Shown piece by piece: positions 25,394 to 30,980 of a stretch of 30,980 nt of DNA; positions within the stretch are counted from its first letter, which is position 1; each line of letters opens with the position of its first letter. Under the pieces are notes generated by a model, which was not told where the DNA came from, made no database searches, and saw nothing but the letters and a program-made list of their open reading frames with translations. The DNA lies in NCBI GenBank assembly GCA_947478975.1, contig CANJYI010000001.1, positions 1-30,980 on the forward strand, given 5' to 3'. A program made the position numbers and the translations under genes. This DNA comes from Chthoniobacteraceae bacterium (lineage in GTDB: Bacteria > Verrucomicrobiota > Verrucomicrobiia > Chthoniobacterales > Chthoniobacteraceae).

Positions 25394-26299
25394 CTAGCGC
25401 CAGAGCGCGGGCGGATAGGCGCCGCTGTTTGTGAGTGAGGCGATGCTCGCCTGAACCACCGGCTTGTCCTCGCGGTAGGTCACGCCAAACCAGGTGGAGT
25501 CCGTGGGCAGCACTTTGCAGCTGGCCTGCTTGCGCCGAACCAGTTCACCTACAGAGAGGGGAATGTAACATTCGCCCTTCAGTTCCGCGCCGTGTGCGGT
25601 CAAAAACTCCTCGAACAGACCGCCCAGTTGCTCAAAAAGGTGGGGCGAAAACCCCCACATATTCATCGAGACAGGTTCCAGTCCCGTCAGGGGCGACACG
25701 GTCCCATCCTCCTTGGTGTTGGAGACTCCGGAGGGGCCGGGGCCGATCTTGGTCATTTCCTCAATTTCGGTGAGGAATCCATGTGCGTCCGTCTTGCAGA
25801 CGCCGCGCGTCACGGTTCCGTGTTCGGAAAGGGTGTTTTTAAGAGTGAACCCCACCATGGAATATTCGTTGGAATCGTGCGGCAGGGACGAAAGGTAGTC
25901 GTGCAGCACCGCGAAGGAGGACCGGCCGTAGAAGTCATCGGCGTTGATGACCGCGAAAGGCTCCCTGACGACGTCCCGCGCGCAAAGAATCGCGTGCGTG
26001 GTGCCCCAGGGCTTTTCGCGGCCTTCGGGCACGCTGAAGCCGTCTGGGAGCTTGTCCAGAGTTTGGAACGCGTAATCCACTGCAATCCTGTCCGCAAACT
26101 TGGCGCCGACTCCGGTGCGGAAGGCTTCCTCGAAGTCGGGGCGGATAATGAAGACCACCTTGCCAAAGCCCGCCCGGAGCGCGTCAAAGACGGAGTAGTC
26201 GAGGATCGTTTCGCCCGAAGGGCCCATGGGGTCGATCTGCTTCAGGCCGCCGTATCGGCTGCCCATTCCGGCGGCCATCACAACAAGAGTCGGTTTCAT
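25394..26299 (-). CDS. Sugar-phosphate nucleotidyltransferase family protein
   Basis: VVMAAGMGSRYGGLKQ (GxGxR..K), KPWGT, INADDFYG, SMNMWGF, WFGVTYREDK. Confidence 0.85.
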   Translation of the reverse strand: MKPTLVVMAAGMGSRYGGLKQIDPMGPSGETILDYSVFDALRAGFGKVVFIIRPDFEEAFRTGVGAKFADRIAVDYAFQTLDKLPDGFSVPEGREKPWGTTHAILCARDVVREPFAVINADDFYGRSSFAVLHDYLSSLPHDSNEYSMVGFTLKNTLSEHGTVTRGVCKTDAHGFLTEIEEMTKIGPGPSGVSNTKEDGTVSPLTGLEPVSMNMWGFSPHLFEQLGGLFEEFLTAHGAELKGECYIPLSVGELVRRKQASCKVLPTDSTWFGVTYREDKPVVQASIASLTNSGAYPPALWR

Positions 26300-26404
26300 A
26301 GTGGGGCAGATTCAAGCGGAGCGAGCCTCCGGAAGCAATGCGCAGAAAACGCATCGCCCCCTCAGGGCGCTCCTTTTTTGCCCCCCTTCCCAGCGCAAAA
26401 CGCC

Positions 26405-28066
26405 CTAGTGCGCGGGGACTCCCTCCAACGGCAATCCGTTGAGGCGCGCCTGCAAGAAGCCGCCCCTCAGGTTGCTCACCTTTTCAAACCCAAGCCCTTG
26501 GAGTGCACAGGTGGCCAGATAGCCGCGCTGACCTTTCTGGCAGTAGGCCACGATTTGCCGGTCCCGAGGCAGCTCTCCCGCCCGGCTTCGCAGTTCAAAA
26601 AGCGGGATCTGTAAAGCGCCCGCAAGCCTGCCCCAGGCCGCAATTTCATCCGGATCGCGCACATCCAGCAGCAGCTCGTTCGATGGCCGCCAGGATTCGG
26701 GCGCCACCGACTTGATGTCTCCCCGGGCAATGTGCCCCGCCACAAAGGCAGCGGTGTTCACCGGATCGTTGGCCGAACCAAAGGGCGGGGCGTAAGCCAG
26801 ATCCACCGATTCCAGATCGAACACGCTCATGCGCGCCGTGATTGCGGTCGCCAGAACATCCACCCGCTTGTCGATGCCCTTTTGACCCACGACCTGCGCG
26901 CCAAGAAGACGCCCCGTTCCCTCCTCGGCCACCAGCTTTATCAGCACCGGCGTGGCTCCCGGGTAGTAATGCGCATGGCTGGAGTCCCGCGTCAGGCTGG
27001 TGAAAAAACTAAATCCCGCGGCGGTGGCTTGTTTGGAGCTCAAGCCTGTAAATCCCGCGGTCATGTTCAAGATCCGTACGATCGAAGTGCCCAGCACTCC
27101 GGGAAAATTCAACCGGGCCCCCGCCGCATTGGCTCCCGCAATGCGGCCTTGCCGGTTGGCGGGGCCGGCGAGCGCGATGCGGGCCCGCGCGCCGCTGACA
27201 ACGTGGATCGTCTCGGCTGCGTCCCCCACCGCGTAGATGTCCGGGTCGGACGTTTCCATCCGGCCGTTGGTGCGCACTCCGCCGGTGGGACCAATCTCGA
27301 GACCCGCCTCCCGCGCCAACTCGACCTCGGCCCGCACTCCTGCGCTGAGCAACACCAAGTCGGCGGGCAGGTCCCCACCGTCCTCAAAATTCACCCCCTC
27401 CTTGCTGAAGCCGGTGACCTTGGCATTAAACCGGAACTCCAGCGCTCCAACCGGCAGCGACTCCTGGAGATGCAGGGCCATGTCCGGGTCCATGAGGGGC
27501 AGGATGTGGGGATTTTTTTCCACCAACGTCACATGCATTCCTCGGTGGATGAAGGCCTCCGCCATCTCCAGCCCGATGAATCCCCCTCCGATGACCACGG
27601 CACGCTGCGCCTTGCCCGTGTTGATGGCCTCCACGATCCGGTCCATGTCCGGAATGTCCCGCAGCGTGAACACATGGGGCAGATCCACTCCGGGCAGCGG
27701 CGGAATAAAGGGGCGCGCCCCCTGGCTAAGCACCAGTTTGTCATAACGCTCCTCCCGCTCGGCTCCATCGCCGCCGCGCACGGTGATGGTTTTTCGTTCC
27801 CTGTGGATGGCCAGCACTTCGTGCCCGGTGTGTGCGAAAATTTCAGACCGCGCCTTGAACCTCTCGGGGGTCATGACCACAAGCTGCTCGCGGTCGCTGA
27901 TTTCCCCGGCGATGTGGTAGGGGAGGCCGCAGTTGGCAAAAGAAATGTAGGGGCCCCGCTCAAAGACGTGAATCTCAGCAGACTCGTTCACCCGGCGGGC
28001 CTTGGCCGCCGCTGAAGCGCCCCCAGCCACCCCTCCGACGATCAATATACGCAGCTTCGGTCTCAT
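26405..28066 (-). CDS. CoA-disulfide reductase-rhodanese fusion (CoADR-RHD / Npsr-like), 553 aa
   Basis: GGVAGGASAA (FAD), SFANCGLPY (single redox Cys), GGGFIGLE (NAD(P)H), DIYAVGD, YAPPF, C-terminal rhodanese YCQKGQRG. ATG 28066 overlaps the upstream TGA (ATGA). Confidence 0.92.
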   Translation of the reverse strand: MRPKLRILIVGGVAGGASAAAKARRVNESAEIHVFERGPYISFANCGLPYHIAGEISDREQLVVMTPERFKARSEIFAHTGHEVLAIHRERKTITVRGGDGAEREERYDKLVLSQGARPFIPPLPGVDLPHVFTLRDIPDMDRIVEAINTGKAQRAVVIGGGFIGLEMAEAFIHRGMHVTLVEKNPHILPLMDPDMALHLQESLPVGALEFRFNAKVTGFSKEGVNFEDGGDLPADLVLLSAGVRAEVELAREAGLEIGPTGGVRTNGRMETSDPDIYAVGDAAETIHVVSGARARIALAGPANRQGRIAGANAAGARLNFPGVLGTSIVRILNMTAGFTGLSSKQATAAGFSFFTSLTRDSSHAHYYPGATPVLIKLVAEEGTGRLLGAQVVGQKGIDKRVDVLATAITARMSVFDLESVDLAYAPPFGSANDPVNTAAFVAGHIARGDIKSVAPESWRPSNELLLDVRDPDEIAAWGRLAGALQIPLFELRSRAGELPRDRQIVAYCQKGQRGYLATCALQGLGFEKVSNLRGGFLQARLNGLPLEGVPAH

Positions 28067-28692
28067 TGTTTGCCTCCTGCGGGTGCGCAGCACGAGGCGG
28101 GTGCAGTGCGCGCTCCGGCGAGCGCCGCTCCGCCTGCGGGACGGCGATTCCAGGGCATCCGTGCCAGAAGCAATGCAAGTCCGCAGTAACCAGTGGCGCC
28201 GGCAAAGACCAAGCCGGCCGACGTGAACAGCGGGATGAGAGCAAAGAGCGGGTGCTTCCAGATGGCTAGCGCCGCCCCGGTTCCGCTCACGAGTCCGATG
28301 ACTAGCTGCACCTGCCTCATCAGGGGGAGCACCGTTGAAGCGCCTTTCTCCACGGGCAACCCGGCGGCGGTCCAAGCTTCCAAGCCTCCCTCAACCACCG
28401 AGCAGGGAACCCCCTCCTTCGCCAAGAGCGCAGCCGCCCGCCCTGCACGACCGCCGGACTGGCAGAAAACATAGACCGGACCGCCGGCGTTTTTGTCCGC
28501 CCACTCAGAAGGAACCAGGGAGTCGAGCGGCTGCAAGACGGTCCCCGAAACATGCTGTGCCTCGTATTCCGCAGCCGAGCGCACGTCCAGAAGACGCGCC
28601 CCCCCGCCTTGGCGGAGCAGTGCCGCGAGGCGGGCCGGCTGGATTTTGCCGGGGGTCACGCAAACAGGAGGAGAAATTTCAGTGGCATTCAT
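28063..28692 (-). CDS. Rhodanese domain + DUF2892 (YgaP-like) membrane sulfurtransferase
   Basis: LLDVRSAAEY...H, active loop FCQSGGRA, EGGLEAW; then RQVQLVIG...two TMs...GYCGLALLLARMPWN. Confidence 0.9.
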   Translation of the reverse strand: MNATEISPPVCVTPGKIQPARLAALLRQGGGARLLDVRSAAEYEAQHVSGTVLQPLDSLVPSEWADKNAGGPVYVFCQSGGRAGRAAALLAKEGVPCSVVEGGLEAWTAAGLPVEKGASTVLPLMRQVQLVIGLVSGTGAALAIWKHPLFALIPLFTSAGLVFAGATGYCGLALLLARMPWNRRPAGGAALAGARTAPASCCAPAGGKQ

Positions 28693-28697
28693 GTTTG

Positions 28698-28719
28698 TGA
28701 ATATATAACTATTTATTCA
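28698..28719. promoter_or_regulatory. Probable ArsR/SmtB operator overlapping divergent promoters
   Basis: TGAATATATA-AC-TATTTATTCA: 10-2-10 inverted repeat (9/10 match) filling the 26-bp gap; contains minus-strand TATATT 7 nt before the rhodanese ATG. Confidence 0.7.
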
Positions 28720-29051
28720 TGAGTCAACTCGAGATCCCGCACGGGCCTGCCCCCACAACTGAGCAACTCGACCAGATCGCCCTTTTGTTTAAAATGCTTG
28801 GCGAGCCCATGCGTCTGCGCATTTTGCAGGCCGTCTGCCATGCCCCCCGTTATGTGGGCGAAATCGTGGAGCTTACCGGAGCGACGCAGCCTAATGTTTC
28901 CAAGCACCTGGCCCTGCTGGTCTCCTCGGGCGTTTTGATGCGTCAGCGCGACGGACAGCGGGTGCGTTACGGGCTCAAAAACATGCTCGTCACCCGCCTG
29001 TGCGAAGCGGTGTGCGCCTCCCTGGAGACTCAAGAGGAACAGGTGGCCTGA
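28719..29051 (+). CDS. ArsR/SmtB family transcriptional regulator
   Basis: FKMLGEPMRLRIL, VGEIV...TQPNVSKHL, RDGQRVRY winged HTH; cysteines C40, C95, C99. Confidence 0.92.
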   Translation: MSQLEIPHGPAPTTEQLDQIALLFKMLGEPMRLRILQAVCHAPRYVGEIVELTGATQPNVSKHLALLVSSGVLMRQRDGQRVRYGLKNMLVTRLCEAVCASLETQEEQVA

Positions 29052-29099
29052 TTCACTGTCACTGTCCCGTTGCCCCTGTTCATGCGTGCCGCACGCGGA

Positions 29100-30980
29100 T
29101 CACCGCGCCTCTGCATGCTCGGGAATCGGGCCGCGGTAGGGAATCTGTGAAAAATCTGTCACCCCGATGATTTCCTTTGCGAACGCGCTGGCGGCTTCCT
29201 CTCCCGGGGTGTCCAGAGCCTGGTAAACACTCCAGCCAGTCTTTCGCTCGCCAAAAGGTTGCTCCGCAACGGGAAGGGTGCGCAGCCCCAAGAGCAGGCC
29301 GCCTTCATCCCGGGCGTCGATCCACCGGTGGTTGTGAAAGGCCTCAATCGTGGCGAGCGGCCGAATCTTGTGCCACGTGTAGACGAGCGCGGCGGCCTGG
29401 AGTTGTTGGGCCGCCGGGGAGTAGTCCTTTGTGTGGAACCCCTGTTCGGAGAGAAGCACGGTGCGGAGTTTCTCGCCCCTGTAAAGCAGCGCCTGGCGGT
29501 GCAGGTAGGCGTCCAGAACCTCGATGTTTTTTGGGGTGATGTAGGGCGAATCCAAGCTGAAGCACGGGCGTTTGTCGTTCCAGGCCGCGGCATGAAAGAG
29601 CCCCTCGGGGTAGGGGTGGTAGGCAACGCCCCATTCAAAATCCCCCTCCAGCCGCGAGTAGTCCGCGAGCCGGTCCAGCATCTCTCTCGGCCGGTAATGC
29701 TGGAGACTCCTGCCTTCGGGAGCGGTCCAGTGGTGCGTGAGCGAGATAAACACCTTGGCCGAGGGGTTGAATTGGCGCGCGCTCAGGTATGCCAGACGCA
29801 TCGAACGGACGTAGTGGTCCATGACGATGTCCATGGGCTGCTCCCCCATGTTGGTCCAGGCAAAGGCCTGGTCGACTTCGTTGTGAAGGATCCAGTGCGT
29901 GATGCTGCCTTGAGGCCCGCCGGCGTACCTCCTTGCGAGAAATGCGAGTGCCGCCCTGTAGGCGTGGACCCCCTCCGGCGTGGTCAGGTTGGGCATCGCA
30001 TAGATGCCCGGCGCGCTCGCCTCCGGATGGTTGAGCAGGCTCCGGTCCAGCGCGTTTTTGGGCATGCCCACCAGCAGGATTGCGGACACCTCTGCAAAGC
30101 TGCTGAAGAACGAAAGCGTCCGGTCCATTCCGGCGAGCGCGTTTTTTGCCACCGCGTAGTTGCGGCCCTCAAATTCGTAGGGAGTGGTGTCTGCCCCGGC
30201 GCTGCCGCGAAAGAACCCGTTCAGGACGATGTTGATGGTGACATGTTCGACACCAAGCTCCTGCAGCTCTCCTGCGACCGGGTTGAGGGTGACGCCGCCC
30301 ATTCCCTTTTTGGTTTTCCGCGTCTGCGGTGGCGGTCCGGAGATGGTTACGCTGGGAAGTTCTGTGGCGTGGCGCGCGTGCGAGGCGGGGGTCTCCACGC
30401 CGTGTTTTTTGCGGACGAGTTGCCAGCGCGAAAAGAGCCGGTCGCGGCCCGCGTCAGAGCGGGGAAGTGTCACACGAAAGGCGCCGCCGGGGCCCGTCTG
30501 GAAGGGAATGGTGTTGCTGCGAGGGCTGTCGCGCCACGGTTCCTCGTGCATCTGTAATTCAGCCAGCAGGAGTTCCGTTTCAGCCTCCGTCTGCACCCGT
30601 CCCTCGAGAGTAAGCAATTCGCCCTCGATCCGGACCGCTTCGATCCGTGCGGAAAACTCCCGCCCGAGGTATGCACGTATCGCAGAGGCATCGTTTTCTT
30701 TGCGTTCCTTCAGCGCCTGGGCATTTTCCGCAACCGCAATTTCCTCCGGGTTGAGTTCGCGAAAGTGCAGGTTGCGGAGTTGTAGCTGGACGCCTGGGGT
30801 GGAGCCGAAATCGAGGCGGAACTGGCGCGTCGGCCCGTCCCACTTAACGTCGGCAAGCGTCTTTAAGTTGAAAGCCGCGGGGCGCCAGGACTCGGCTGAG
30901 GCAAGGGGGCCGGTCTTGGCCGAGTGGCCTCCTCGAATGGGAGGTCCGAAGAAAACCTCGAAGTGATTGAGGCCGTCGGG
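29100..30980 (-). CDS. DUF5722-like putative clan GH-A glycoside hydrolase (5'-truncated by the window edge)
   Basis: Manual translation shows the frame open from 30980 to the stop at 29100. THWILHNEVD (acid/base-like NE), WTNMG, AYHPYP, LLSEQGF (nucleophile-like E). Confidence 0.7.
   Translation of the reverse strand, partial: PDGLNHFEVFFGPPIRGGHSAKTGPLASAESWRPAAFNLKTLADVKWDGPTRQFRLDFGSTPGVQLQLRNLHFRELNPEEIAVAENAQALKERKENDASAIRAYLGREFSARIEAVRIEGELLTLEGRVQTEAETELLLAELQMHEEPWRDSPRSNTIPFQTGPGGAFRVTLPRSDAGRDRLFSRWQLVRKKHGVETPASHARHATELPSVTISGPPPQTRKTKKGMGGVTLNPVAGELQELGVEHVTINIVLNGFFRGSAGADTTPYEFEGRNYAVAKNALAGMDRTLSFFSSFAEVSAILLVGMPKNALDRSLLNHPEASAPGIYAMPNLTTPEGVHAYRAALAFLARRYAGGPQGSITHWILHNEVDQAFAWTNMGEQPMDIVMDHYVRSMRLAYLSARQFNPSAKVFISLTHHWTAPEGRSLQHYRPREMLDRLADYSRLEGDFEWGVAYHPYPEGLFHAAAWNDKRPCFSLDSPYITPKNIEVLDAYLHRQALLYRGEKLRTVLLSEQGFHTKDYSPAAQQLQAAALVYTWHKIRPLATIEAFHNHRWIDARDEGGLLLGLRTLPVAEQPFGERKTGWSVYQALDTPGEEAASAFAKEIIGVTDFSQIPYRGPIPEHAEAR

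Noticed and set aside
28067-28375. 103-aa N-terminal extension of the CoADR-RHD ORF in the track
   Set aside because: It overlaps the rhodanese gene. The FAD-binding motif starts just after ATG 28066, which forms an ATGA overlap.
17116-29051. A single sulfur-trafficking system linking the cysteine desulfurase to the rhodanese/CoADR module
   Set aside because: They are about 8 kb apart with unrelated genes in between and separate transcription units; no shared motif seen.

Overview
GC-rich bacterial housekeeping and envelope region. A Verrucomicrobiota-like origin is inferred from gene styles and the nuo organisation; this is not proven. Left half: intergenic palindromic repeats (40-493), an Uup-type ABC-F ATPase, and a minus-strand complex I operon (nuoD - unknown lipoprotein - fused nuoE/F - short nuoG - nuoHIJKLMN). 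nuoA/B/C are absent from the window, and a perfect Rex/CRP-type palindrome lies upstream of nuoD. Right half: metallophosphoesterase, SprT-like protease coupled to a cysteine desulfurase, a PAP2 + ArnT-like + GT2 envelope-glycosylation trio, LolA-like protein, DMT transporter, a 40-aa lipoprotein behind a signal-less L,D-transpeptidase, asd, a nucleotidyltransferase, an ArsR / rhodanese-DUF2892 / CoA-disulfide reductase-rhodanese module with its probable operator, and a 5'-truncated DUF5722-like putative glycoside hydrolase. No rRNA, tRNA, CRISPR array or transposase was seen. The most notable items are the remodelled complex I N-module (E-F fusion with a 7-His insert, embedded lipoprotein), the Rex-like box, and the LDT + mini-lipoprotein pair. 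All family assignments come from motif recognition, not database searches.
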